A DNA stretch of 64,000 bases from an uncultured delta proteobacterium. GTDB taxonomy: Bacteria; Desulfobacterota; Binatia; JACPRU01. How positions within the stretch are numbered: the stretch's first letter is position 1; each line of letters begins with the position of its first letter. A model generated the notes under the pieces. That model saw nothing but the letters and a program-made list of their open reading frames with translations. It was not told the origin of the DNA and did not search any database. Shown here piece by piece: positions 10,178 to 18,998 of the stretch. The DNA lies in the NCBI GenBank assembly GCA_963745025.1, contig CAVUWD010000013.1:352001-416000 (forward strand). Direction: 5' to 3'. Made by a program: the position numbers and the translations under genes.

Positions 10178-10650
10178 GCAACGGCGACCTCGAGCGACGG
10201 ATCCGGCGCCTCGAAGACCTCGAGGCCATTCGCGACCTCAAGTACCGCTACAGCACCTATTGCGACGACGGCTACGACGCCGACCGCCTCGCGCCGCTCT
10301 TCACCGAGGACGCGGTCTGGGACGGGGGTGTCCTCGGTCGTTTCGTGGGACGTGAGGCGATTCGGAAGTTCTTCGAGCAGTGCTCGAAGATCGTCCCGTT
10401 CGCGATCCATCAGGTCACGAACCCCATCCTCGAGGTCGACGGCGACCGTGCGACCGGCCGCTGGTATCTCTGGGAGCCGATCGTCTTCGCGAGCGGGAAC
10501 CGCGGCCTGTGGATGGCGGCCCGCTACGACGACCGCTATCGGCGCGAGCGCGGCGGGTGGTCGTTCGAGAGCGTGACGGTCGACCTGCGAATGCTCTCGC
10601 CTTACGAAGAAGGGTTTGCCAAGGTGCGGATCGCCGAGATTCCGCGCTGA
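10174..10650 (+). CDS. SnoaL/NTF2-like family protein (LinA/BaiE-like)
   Basis: LEDLEAIRDLKYRY, LFTEDAVWD, HQVTNP, Y.DRYRR; ATGA overlap with the methyltransferase. Confidence 0.88.
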   Translation: MSNGDLERRIRRLEDLEAIRDLKYRYSTYCDDGYDADRLAPLFTEDAVWDGGVLGRFVGREAIRKFFEQCSKIVPFAIHQVTNPILEVDGDRATGRWYLWEPIVFASGNRGLWMAARYDDRYRRERGGWSFESVTVDLRMLSPYEEGFAKVRIAEIPR

Positions 10651-10694
10651 CGAAGCACGATCCTCCGTCGCCCGCGCCGGGTGCCACGTCGAGA

Positions 10695-10865
10695 CGGCAC
10701 CGCGCCCGTCGTCGCCGTGACACGCGGCACAAGGGGTCATGAACAAATTCTTCTCCACTGTGTGTACGCGGCTTTGTCGCTTTCCGCGCGTAGCGGCGCG
10801 CCGCAGAGGAGGGCGACTCCGATCGCTCCGAGAGCAACACGACGCAGTTTCACGTTCTTCGGCAT
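10695..10865 (-). pseudogene. Frameshifted, truncated c-type cytochrome relic
   Basis: Signal peptide MPKNVKLRRVALGAIGVALLCGAPLRA in one frame; KNLFMTPCAACHGDDGRG in another frame after about 10760. Confidence 0.55.
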
Positions 10866-10924
10866 CGACCCCCTTCTCGAGAAGCGGGAGCCGAAGTTCA
10901 CCGGGCATTGATCGGCCGACTGAC

Positions 10925-12112
10925 TCACTGGCGAAGCAACCGGGGGCCGAGGAAGCCGAGCCATGTGGCCGACCCGAGAATCCAGCAGGCAGCGGCCCAG
11001 CCGAGGTGGTCGAAGTAGGTGTGGCTCAAGTCGGCGGCGACGCGCGCGGCGAGCGCGAGGGCGAAGCAGACGCCGAGCACCGCGACCGCCGGCGGGCGGC
11101 CGGCGGCGAGCCGCTCGAGACCGAGGTGGGCGAGTGAGACGTGCGTGGCGACGGCGAACGCCAGCAGACCGAAGCCGCCGATGAAGAGGATGTGTAGCGC
11201 GGCGACACGATAGTCGGGAAAGAGACCCGACGCGGCGAGCCCGATCGGCATCATCCAGACCGACGCCCACGCGAGCCGGCGGTGGAGGCCGGGCTTTCGC
11301 GGCGGCCGCCACGCGCCGGCCAAGCTGATTCCCAGCGCGCCGACCAAGGCGCGCAAGAGCGGCGCGCTGCGGCTCCATCCTGCCCCTTCGAGGACGAGGG
11401 TCGCGAGGAACGCGAAGCCGACAGCGGCGTACCCGAGAGCCTTCGCGCTCTCACGCGGCGACGAGCCCAGGTCCACGGGCGGCGGCGCGCCGCTCATCAG
11501 CGGCAGGATGAGGCTGCCGACTCCGACCGTGAAACAGAGAAAAACGCCCTGCTGTACGAAGAGCGGTCCCAATCGCAGCGTCCACGGTAGCACGTGGAGC
11601 GCCGGCGCCGCGGCGACCAGCGCTGCCCCCAAGAGACCATGCAGCACGCCGATCGGGATCAACACGAAGGCGGCGGGCGGGCGCCTGCCCGCCGAGCGAC
11701 GGGAGAAGCGCCGCAGGGCGAACTGGAGGAGTAGCGCGAACAGCGCCACGTAGGCCGCCTGCGCGGCGATCCAGTGCCCGGACGCCAGCAGAGCGGCGTC
11801 GAGGATCAAGGCGATCGCCGCGCCCGCCATCTCGAGACTCGACGGCGGAGGGCCCTGCGTGCGGCGGGGCAGCGCGGTGAACAGGAATCCGACCGCGAAC
11901 GCCATCAGGAACGCCTCGACCTGTACGAGGCCATGGAGCTGGCAGGAGTAGCTCCCAGTCAGGCCGGTCGCGTAGAGGAGCCAGTGGCTGATGCCTACCC
12001 ACGCGAGCACTACGCCGAGCGGGAAGAAGATGCGGAACGGCTCGCGCCGCCAGCGACCCGCGTCGTCCGGGTCGCGGAACGGGTCTTTGGTCTCGGCCGC
12101 GCGCTCGTTCAT
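10925..12112 (-). CDS. nnrS: NnrS family membrane protein
   Basis: EPFRIFF, H...AFAVGFLFTALP, ALHILFIGGF; many TM helices. Confidence 0.8.
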   Translation of the reverse strand: MNERAAETKDPFRDPDDAGRWRREPFRIFFPLGVVLAWVGISHWLLYATGLTGSYSCQLHGLVQVEAFLMAFAVGFLFTALPRRTQGPPPSSLEMAGAAIALILDAALLASGHWIAAQAAYVALFALLLQFALRRFSRRSAGRRPPAAFVLIPIGVLHGLLGAALVAAAPALHVLPWTLRLGPLFVQQGVFLCFTVGVGSLILPLMSGAPPPVDLGSSPRESAKALGYAAVGFAFLATLVLEGAGWSRSAPLLRALVGALGISLAGAWRPPRKPGLHRRLAWASVWMMPIGLAASGLFPDYRVAALHILFIGGFGLLAFAVATHVSLAHLGLERLAAGRPPAVAVLGVCFALALAARVAADLSHTYFDHLGWAAACWILGSATWLGFLGPRLLRQ

Positions 12113-12278
12113 CGAGCGCGCCCGACCGCCGCACCGGCGAAACGATTTTCAGGCGCTTGCTTCATCGAGCGGATCTTCGCGCAGAGCGGCTACGTGGAGA
12201 TCGTCACCATGCCGGCGACGCGGATCGAGGACTTCATGAAGACGGTCGCGGAAGTGCCCCGGCCGTGACGATCGGAGC

Positions 12279-12800
12279 TCAGCGGAGCTCGATCCGCAGC
12301 GGCACCGCGCGGCTCAACGTGTGGCCGACGGGGGAGGAGCCGACGACTTTCTCATGGAGCAGCTTCCGCTGCTCCGGGCTCGCGTCGGACTCCAGATGCA
12401 CCGTAGCCCGGATCGATTCGTAGCCGGCGTTCCCGCCGCGCAGGCCGAGAAACGCATGCAAGTCGATCTCGCCTTCGAGCTCGATGCGGAGTGAGCGGAT
12501 CCGAACGCCCGCGACGGAGGCGTTGGCCGCGTATCCCACGGCGAGGCAGTTGCCGAGCGCGGCGAGGAGCTGCTCGACGGGGTTCGGCGCGGTGTTGCTG
12601 CCGCCCAGAGCGAACGGCTCGTCGGAGGGCACCGGGCCGAGATCGCGGCTGCGAGCCTCCGAGCGGAGGGCGCCCGTCCAGCGCACGTCTACTTTCCATT
12701 GAGTCTTTGCAGCTTCCGGCTCGCGCCGGATCTTCTCGATCAAGGCGCCCATGGCCTCGAGGTTTACGTCGTTGAGCTGGTGGCTCTTGCTCTCCGTCAT
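12279..12800 (-). CDS. OsmC family protein
   Basis: DEPFALGGSNTAPNPVEQLLAALGNC; SSPV where the second Cys usually lies; GGGAGG RBS. Confidence 0.9.
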   Translation of the reverse strand: MTESKSHQLNDVNLEAMGALIEKIRREPEAAKTQWKVDVRWTGALRSEARSRDLGPVPSDEPFALGGSNTAPNPVEQLLAALGNCLAVGYAANASVAGVRIRSLRIELEGEIDLHAFLGLRGGNAGYESIRATVHLESDASPEQRKLLHEKVVGSSPVGHTLSRAVPLRIELR

Positions 12801-12980
12801 GCGATTCCTCCCGGTGAGATCTCGTGTGACCTACCACGCGGACGAGCTCGAAGACACTACGTCTTGCTCCGGCGACAGCGCTTCCACGGATTGCGGCATG
12901 GTGCTTCGCTCTCGTGCGAGCGCACGAGGAAAGACGAAGGCCCTGGCGGACGGGGCGCAGATCGTCCGCGCGGAGCTATC

Positions 12981-13137
12981 AAGGTAGCGCTTACGGCAGC
13001 GCTCTCGCGACCAACGGGAGCGACAGGTGACTCGAAGGTAGCGCTTACGACAGAGCTCTCGCGACCATCGGGAGCGACAGATGACTCGATTTGAGGTAGC
13101 GCTTATCGCAGCGCTCTCGCGTTCAACGGGAGCGACA
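12981..13137. repeat. Three-copy tandem repeat (about 54-bp unit) with internal hairpin, REP-like
   Basis: AGGTAGCGCTTA...GCTCTCGCGACCAACGGGAGCGACA units starting at 12981, 13035 and 13093. Confidence 0.9.
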
Positions 13138-13174
13138 CACGACGCGATCTGCGACGCACCCACCCAGCGGCCGG

Positions 13175-13591
13175 TCAGGCGGTCTTCGGCTTTACGGGCT
13201 TCTCGTACGGCTTGACCGGTCCCCCGGCCTGCTTCCACGCGCCAAAGCCGCCGGCGATGTGAGCAACCGGCTCCAGGCCCATGCGCTGGACCTGCTGGGT
13301 GGCGAGCGCCGAGCGCAGACCGCCGGCGCAGAAGAAGACGAACTTGTTACCGGTGGCGAAGACCGGCTTGAAGTAAGGGCTCTCGGGATCGACCCAGAAC
13401 TCGAGCATGCCCCGCGGCGCGTGGAAGGCCCCGGGAATCACCCCTTCGCGCTCGAGCTCGCGAATGTCGCGCAGATCGACGAGGGTCACCTTCGGGTCGG
13501 CGGCGACGGCCTTTGCCTGTTCGACCGTCAAGGTCTCGATCTCCGCCTCCGCCTCGGCGACCAGCTGCTTGATTCCCTTCTTCATCGGCAT
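13175..13591 (-). CDS. Rhodanese-like domain protein
   Basis: LVDLRD..E, G.IPGA, FCAGGLRSALA active-site loop. Confidence 0.93.
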   Translation of the reverse strand: MPMKKGIKQLVAEAEAEIETLTVEQAKAVAADPKVTLVDLRDIRELEREGVIPGAFHAPRGMLEFWVDPESPYFKPVFATGNKFVFFCAGGLRSALATQQVQRMGLEPVAHIAGGFGAWKQAGGPVKPYEKPVKPKTA

Positions 13592-13608
13592 GGCGAGTAT
13601 CTAGCATC

Positions 13609-13674
13609 GGCTACGGGCTACAGGCTACGGGAAAAGACTCCTTGCGCCTTTCCCATACCCCGTAGCCCGTAGCC
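13609..13674. repeat. Heptamer-arm palindromic element, copy A
   Basis: GGCTACG GGCTACA GGCTACG GGAAAAGACT...CCTTTCC CATACCC CGTAGCC CGTAGCC. Confidence 0.85.
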
Positions 13675-13676
13675 TC

Positions 13677-14345
13677 CTACCGTTTGCCGAGCGGCGGCCC
13701 GGTGTAAGCATCCACCGTCGCGAATTCCTCCACTCTTTTCCGCTTGAGCCGGGTCAGCTGCTTGACCGGCTTGCCGATCGGCAGCAGCGCCGAGACCGCG
13801 TAGTGATCCGGCAGCGCGAAGATCCGCCGCACCTCCGTTTCGGCGGGCGCCACGAACGTCGTGAGCGTTCCGCCGAGCCCTTCGTTGCGCGCCGCGAGCA
13901 GGATGTTCCAGACGAACGGATAGATCGACGCTCCCGAGATCACGCCAACCCGCGGCAGCGAGGAATCGAACGACGCCACGACCCGGAGATCGACGGCGAC
14001 GAGCAGCAGCACGGGCGCGCGGACGATGCGTTCGATCATGGCGGGTGGAAGCGGCGTCGCCGCGATCGCCGCGGCATCGACCTTCGTCGGCACGACCGTA
14101 TTCCAGGGGTTTTCACCCGCCATCACCTGTGCGACGTAGCGCTGCATCGTCGGCCGGATGAGGTCGATGAGCGCCATCCGCTTGGCCGTGTCGCGGATCA
14201 CGATCACTCGCCATCCCTGCCGGTTGCCGCCGCTCGGCCCGAAGCGGGCATTGTCGAGGATGCGGTAGAGGGTGGCTTCATCGACGGGGTCGGCGGTGAA
14301 CTCACGGGCTGCGAAGGTGGTGCGCATGGCGTCGTAAACGTCCAT
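13677..14345 (-). CDS. Nitroreductase family protein
   Basis: ARFGPSGGNRQGW, NILLAARNEGLG. Confidence 0.93.
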   Translation of the reverse strand: MDVYDAMRTTFAAREFTADPVDEATLYRILDNARFGPSGGNRQGWRVIVIRDTAKRMALIDLIRPTMQRYVAQVMAGENPWNTVVPTKVDAAAIAATPLPPAMIERIVRAPVLLLVAVDLRVVASFDSSLPRVGVISGASIYPFVWNILLAARNEGLGGTLTTFVAPAETEVRRIFALPDHYAVSALLPIGKPVKQLTRLKRKRVEEFATVDAYTGPPLGKR

Positions 14346-14546
14346 AGCTCGTTCCTCTCCCGGCGCCGCTGCTTCGGGGACGACCCGCCGGCCGGAGCTG
14401 CCTGCGCAGGTCGGTAGAACGGATCGGCTCAGGGATCAAGGCTCAGCACCGCGGACCCGGAAGGTCGAACGGGGTAGACGATGGGAGAGCTCCTCTTGTG
14501 CGAGCCGGATGGCCTGTGTCATCTCGGCCGAGCCGGTCCGATCGCC

Positions 14547-14759
14547 ATGAACGATATCGAAGGGCTTCGCCGCATCCTGAAGGAGAATCGCACGATCGCC
14601 ATGGTCGGGCTTTCCGCCCGGTGGTTTCGACCGAGCTTTTTCGCCGCGGCGGTCGCTCCCGACATGATCCGTTTCTCGATCGGTCTCGAAACGCTCGACG
14701 ACACCCTCCGGGACATCCTCCGGAACATCGGCCACGCGCTCGAGGAGTCGCAGAGATGA
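14547..14759 (+). pseudogene. Chimeric remnant: CoA-binding protein (YccU-like) 5' end fused to O-acetylhomoserine sulfhydrylase (MetY-like) 3' end
   Basis: ILKENRTIAMVGLSARWFRPSFFAA joined in frame to VAPDMIRFSIGLETLDD; stop overlaps the metX start. Confidence 0.75.
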
Positions 14760-16009
14760 AGCCCGGCGCGGACATGCGCCGCGACGGGCGGGGGGGTTCG
14801 GGGGCCATCGGAGGACGCGCAGGCGGCGAAGCCGCCGAGCACCGGACGGGGCCCCCGAGTCGAGAAGCCGACGAATCCGGCGAGGCCCCCGTCGTCATCA
14901 TCGAGGAAGGCTCGGTCGGCATCGTCGCGACGCGATCGCTCACCTTCGACGACGGCCTTCCCCTCGATGAGGGCGGGCACCTCCGGCCGATCACCGTGGC
15001 CTACGAGACGTACGGTGAGCTCAACGCCGCGGCCGACAACGCGATCCTCGTCGAGCACGCGCTGACCGCGAGCGCGCACGCGGCCGGGCGCCACAATGCG
15101 GACGACCGTGCGCCCGGCTGGTGGGACGTCATGATCGGCCGGGGACGGGCCTTCGACACCACGAAGCATTTCGTGGTCTCCTCGAACCTGCTCGGCAGCT
15201 GCTACGGGACGACGGGACCGTCGTCGACGAACCCGCAGACCGGAAGGCCGTACGCGCTCGCGTTTCCGCGCGTCACCGTCGGCGACATGGTTCGGGTGCA
15301 GCGCGAGCTCGTCCGGAGGCTCGGCATCCGGCGTCTTCGGACGGTCGTCGGCGGCTCGATGGGCGGCATGCAGGCGATCGAGTGGGCGCTTCGCTACCCC
15401 GACCTCGTCGACTCGATGATCCTCGTCGCCTCCGCGGCGCGCGCGACGCCGCAATCGATCGCGATCCACAAGGTCGGGATCGAAGCGATCCTCGGCGACC
15501 CGAATTTTCGCGGCGGCGATTACTACGGGGAGGAGCCGCCGCGTCACGGTCTGGCGATCGCACGCATGCTCGGCCACATCACGTATCTGAGCGACCCATG
15601 GCTCTGGGAAAAGTTTGGGCGACGGCGCGCGGCGGCGGACAACGCCGGCTTACGGACGCTCTTCGAAGTCGAGCGCTACCTCGAGCATCAGGGGCAGAAG
15701 TTCGTCGAGCGATTCGACGCCAACAGCTACCTCTATCTGCTGCGGGCGATCGACCTCTACGACGCCGGGGAACGGTACGCGAGCCTCGCCGATTCGTTCC
15801 GCAGGATGCGCTGCCGCAAGGCCCTCGTCGTGTCGTTCTCGAGCGATTGGCTCTACCCGACGTACCAGTCGCGGGAGCTCGTCGACGCTCTGCGCGCGAA
15901 CCGAATCGACGTCCGGAGCCACGAGATCGAATCGGGCTACGGTCACGACTCGTTCCTCCTCGAGCACCGTAAGCTGACGCCGCTCTTTCGCGAGCTGCTC
16001 GAAGGGTAG
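14756..16009 (+). CDS. metX: Homoserine O-acetyltransferase
   Basis: AYETYGELN, HALT, GGSMGGMQ, RFDANSY, GHDSFL. Confidence 0.93.
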   Translation: MKPGADMRRDGRGGSGAIGGRAGGEAAEHRTGPPSREADESGEAPVVIIEEGSVGIVATRSLTFDDGLPLDEGGHLRPITVAYETYGELNAAADNAILVEHALTASAHAAGRHNADDRAPGWWDVMIGRGRAFDTTKHFVVSSNLLGSCYGTTGPSSTNPQTGRPYALAFPRVTVGDMVRVQRELVRRLGIRRLRTVVGGSMGGMQAIEWALRYPDLVDSMILVASAARATPQSIAIHKVGIEAILGDPNFRGGDYYGEEPPRHGLAIARMLGHITYLSDPWLWEKFGRRRAAADNAGLRTLFEVERYLEHQGQKFVERFDANSYLYLLRAIDLYDAGERYASLADSFRRMRCRKALVVSFSSDWLYPTYQSRELVDALRANRIDVRSHEIESGYGHDSFLLEHRKLTPLFRELLEG

Positions 16010-16396
16010 CGGAGGCTGCGACCTGCTCGAAACCGGCGAGCGCCCCCCTGAGTGCCCGCTTCCGGGGGCTTACGAAGGGCGACCGCGTAGAGTAGAACGT
16101 GCGTGTCAACGAAGCGCACGACCCCGATGCAGGAACTCGCGGTTCAATCGATCCCCGGCGCGAGAGCGCCGGATCGAGGCCAAGGTCTGCTCCTGCACGC
16201 GCTTTCGCCGCTCGACTTCACCACGCATCAGCCGCGAGCAGGCTGCGCGACTGATCGAGTGACGGCCTTCGCTTCGTGCCGAATCCGGCGTCGACCGATC
16301 TCGAAGTCGCAAAGCTCCTCGCATCGATCTTGCGACGGATCACGCAAGCGCCATGGGATCGTGCTCCCGTTGCAACTCCCGTGTCGTAAGCTCGGG

Positions 16397-16414
16397 TCGA
16401 ATTTGATATTCGAA
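16397..16414. promoter_or_regulatory. Candidate operator TCGAAT-N5-ATTCGA
   Basis: AT-rich inverted repeat about 80 nt upstream of the 16493 ATG; the 11-mer TGATATTCGAA recurs at 18964-18974. Confidence 0.4.
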
Positions 16415-16492
16415 CTCCCCTTGCCTATGGTTCGTGCCGCCGTCGTCGTTCCGACCGCGGATCCCCATCCATAAGCAAGGGCGGAATTCGTC

Positions 16493-18943
16493 ATGGCCAA
16501 TACCTTTCCCACCAGCGCCCACGTCGTCGTCGTCGGTGGTGGGGTCATCGGCGGCTCCGTCGCCTACCACCTCACGAAGCTGGGATGGAAGGACGTGGTG
16601 CTGCTGGAACGCAAGCAGCTCAGCTGCGGGACGACGTGGCACGCCGCCGGTTTGCTCACCACTCTGCGCGACACCGAAGCGCAGACCCGGCTCGCCAAGT
16701 ACACGCAGGATCTCTATCGCCGGCTCGAAGCCGAAACGGGCCAAGCAACCGGCATCATCAACTGCGGCTCGATCCAGCTCGCGATGACGGACGACAAGGC
16801 GCACGAGATGCGGCGCGGATGCGCGATGGCGCGTTGCTTCGGCGTCGAGAATCGCGAGATCAGCGCCGCCGACGTGCAGGCGATGTGGCCGCTGGCGGAG
16901 GTCTCCAACGTCAAGGCGGCGTTTCATTTCCCGCACGACGGGCGGGTCAACCCGACCGACGTGGCGCAAGCGCTGGTCAAGGGCGCCCGCATGGGCGGGG
17001 TGCGCATTTTCGAGCAGACCAAGGTCATCGGCATCGAGCGGCGGCAGGGCAGGGTCACGGGGGTCCGCACCGATCGCGGCGATATCCAGACGGAATACGT
17101 CGTGAACTGCGCCGGAATGTGGGCCCGCGAAGTGGGCAGAATGGCCGGCGTCAATGTGCCGCTGCAGGCCTGCGAGCACTACTACCTGATCTCGGAACCC
17201 ATCGAGGGCGTGCACAACATGCTGCCCATCCTGCGCGACCCCGGCAACGCCGCTTACATCCGTGAGGAGGCCGGCAAGATCATGCTGGGCTTCTTCGAAC
17301 CCATCGCCAAACCCTGGGGCATCGACGGCATCCCCGAGGAGTTCTGCTTCAACGACATCCCGGCCGACTGGGACCGCATGATGCCCTACGTGGAACGCGC
17401 CATGCGGCGCGTGCCGTGCCTGATGGACCATGGTATCAAGCTCCTCTTCTGCGGCCCGGAATCCTTCACCCCGGATCACAACTATCTGATGGGGCCGGCC
17501 CCCAATCTACAGAATTTCTTCGTTGCCGCTGGCATGAACTCGCTGGGGATCCTCTCCGGCGGCGGTGTCGGCATGGTGATGGCGCACTGGATCACCGAAG
17601 GCCTGCCGCCCATGGACATGTGGTCCGTCGATCTGCGGCGCGCGCATGCCTGGCAGGACAACGATCGCTACCTGCGCGATCGCATGGTGGAATCGCTCGG
17701 CATCGGTTACCAGGATCACTGGCCGAACCGCCAGTGGACCACGGCGCGCGGCGTGAAGAAGAGCATCCTGCACGATCGCCTGGCAGCTGCCGGCGCCTGT
17801 TTCGGCGAGTCGGCCGGCTGGGAGCGTCCCAACTGGTACGCGCGGCCCGGACAGAAGGCCGAGTACGAGTACGCGTGGGGACGCCAGAACTGGTTCGAGA
17901 ACAACGCCGAGGAGCACCGCGCCGTGCGCGAGCAGGTGGGAGTGTTCGAGCAAACTTCGTTCTCGAAATTTCTGGTCCAGGGGCGCGATGCCGAGCGCGT
18001 GCTGAACAGGGTGGCAACGGCGAATCTGTCGGTGCCCGCGGGCAAGATCGTCTACACGCAGTTCCTGAACGAGCGCGGCGGCATCGAAGCCGATCTCACC
18101 GTGACGCGTCTCGTCGAGGACAGCTACCTGGTGGTGACCGCGGCCTTCACCCATACGCACGTCGAGGCGCTGATTCGCGCGCGGATTCCGAACGATGCCC
18201 ATTGCGTCGTCACGGACGTGTCGGGGGCCTACTCCATGCTCAATCTGCAGGGGCCCAACTCCCGCGCGCTCCTGGGGCGCCTGACCGGGCGCACACTGAG
18301 CAACGAGGAGTTCCCGTTCGGCACCAGCCAGCAACTGCAGGTCGGCTATCAGACCCTGCTGGCGCTGCGCATCACCTATGCCGGCGAACTGGGCTGGGAG
18401 CTCTATATTCCCACCGCCTTCACGCTGCCCGTCTACGATGCCCTGGTCGAGGCGGGACGCGACTTCGGCCTGCGCCACTGCGGCTACCACACGCTCAATT
18501 CCCTGCGCATCGAAAAGGCTTATCGTGAGTGGGGGCACGACATCGGGCCGCACGACACCCCGTTGGAAGCCGGGCTCGCCTTCACCTGCGCCTGGCAGAA
18601 GCCGGAGGGTTTCATCGGGCGCGAGGCCTTGCTGCGGCAGCGCGAGGTCGGCCCGCTCAAGCGCAGGCTAGTGCAGTTCGTGCTCGAAGACCCGGAGCCG
18701 TTGCTTTATCACAACGAGCCGATCTATCGCCATGGCGTGCTGAACAGCTATACGACCTCCGCCATGTACGGCCACACCTTGGGCGCGTCGGTGGCCATGG
18801 GCTACGTGGTCGACGAGCGCGGGGTCAGCGACGATTTCATCCTCGGCGGGCGCTACGAAATCGAGATCGGCAACACCCGTCATCCGGCACGGGCTTCGCT
18901 GGCGCCCCTCTACGACCCGAAATCCACCCGCGTCCGCGTCTGA
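16493..18943 (+). CDS. FAD-dependent oxidoreductase with GcvT/folate-binding domain (dimethylglycine/sarcosine dehydrogenase, 4-methylaminobutanoate oxidase family)
   Basis: VVGGGVIG, GTTWHAAG (covalent-FAD His), GPESFTPD, GWERPNW, LRIEKAYR. Confidence 0.95.
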   Translation: MANTFPTSAHVVVVGGGVIGGSVAYHLTKLGWKDVVLLERKQLSCGTTWHAAGLLTTLRDTEAQTRLAKYTQDLYRRLEAETGQATGIINCGSIQLAMTDDKAHEMRRGCAMARCFGVENREISAADVQAMWPLAEVSNVKAAFHFPHDGRVNPTDVAQALVKGARMGGVRIFEQTKVIGIERRQGRVTGVRTDRGDIQTEYVVNCAGMWAREVGRMAGVNVPLQACEHYYLISEPIEGVHNMLPILRDPGNAAYIREEAGKIMLGFFEPIAKPWGIDGIPEEFCFNDIPADWDRMMPYVERAMRRVPCLMDHGIKLLFCGPESFTPDHNYLMGPAPNLQNFFVAAGMNSLGILSGGGVGMVMAHWITEGLPPMDMWSVDLRRAHAWQDNDRYLRDRMVESLGIGYQDHWPNRQWTTARGVKKSILHDRLAAAGACFGESAGWERPNWYARPGQKAEYEYAWGRQNWFENNAEEHRAVREQVGVFEQTSFSKFLVQGRDAERVLNRVATANLSVPAGKIVYTQFLNERGGIEADLTVTRLVEDSYLVVTAAFTHTHVEALIRARIPNDAHCVVTDVSGAYSMLNLQGPNSRALLGRLTGRTLSNEEFPFGTSQQLQVGYQTLLALRITYAGELGWELYIPTAFTLPVYDALVEAGRDFGLRHCGYHTLNSLRIEKAYREWGHDIGPHDTPLEAGLAFTCAWQKPEGFIGREALLRQREVGPLKRRLVQFVLEDPEPLLYHNEPIYRHGVLNSYTTSAMYGHTLGASVAMGYVVDERGVSDDFILGGRYEIEIGNTRHPARASLAPLYDPKSTRVRV

Positions 18944-18998
18944 GTGCGTTGCGTCGGCGGCCATGATATTCGAATAGCTGGGAGCGAGGAGACGCATC

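Noticed and set aside
12981-13137. CRISPR array
   Set aside because: Units are contiguous near-identical repeats without unique spacers, and no cas genes are in the window
14750-14770. SAM-I riboswitch upstream of metX (GATGAAGCCCGGC resembles part of the consensus)
   Set aside because: The other conserved SAM-I segments are missing and the match coincides with the metX start codon
16010-16490. ORFs 16103-16474 and overlapping frames; possible IS remnant at the cassette's left border
   Set aside because: No recognisable domain, weak codon bias, no terminal inverted repeats or transposase motifs
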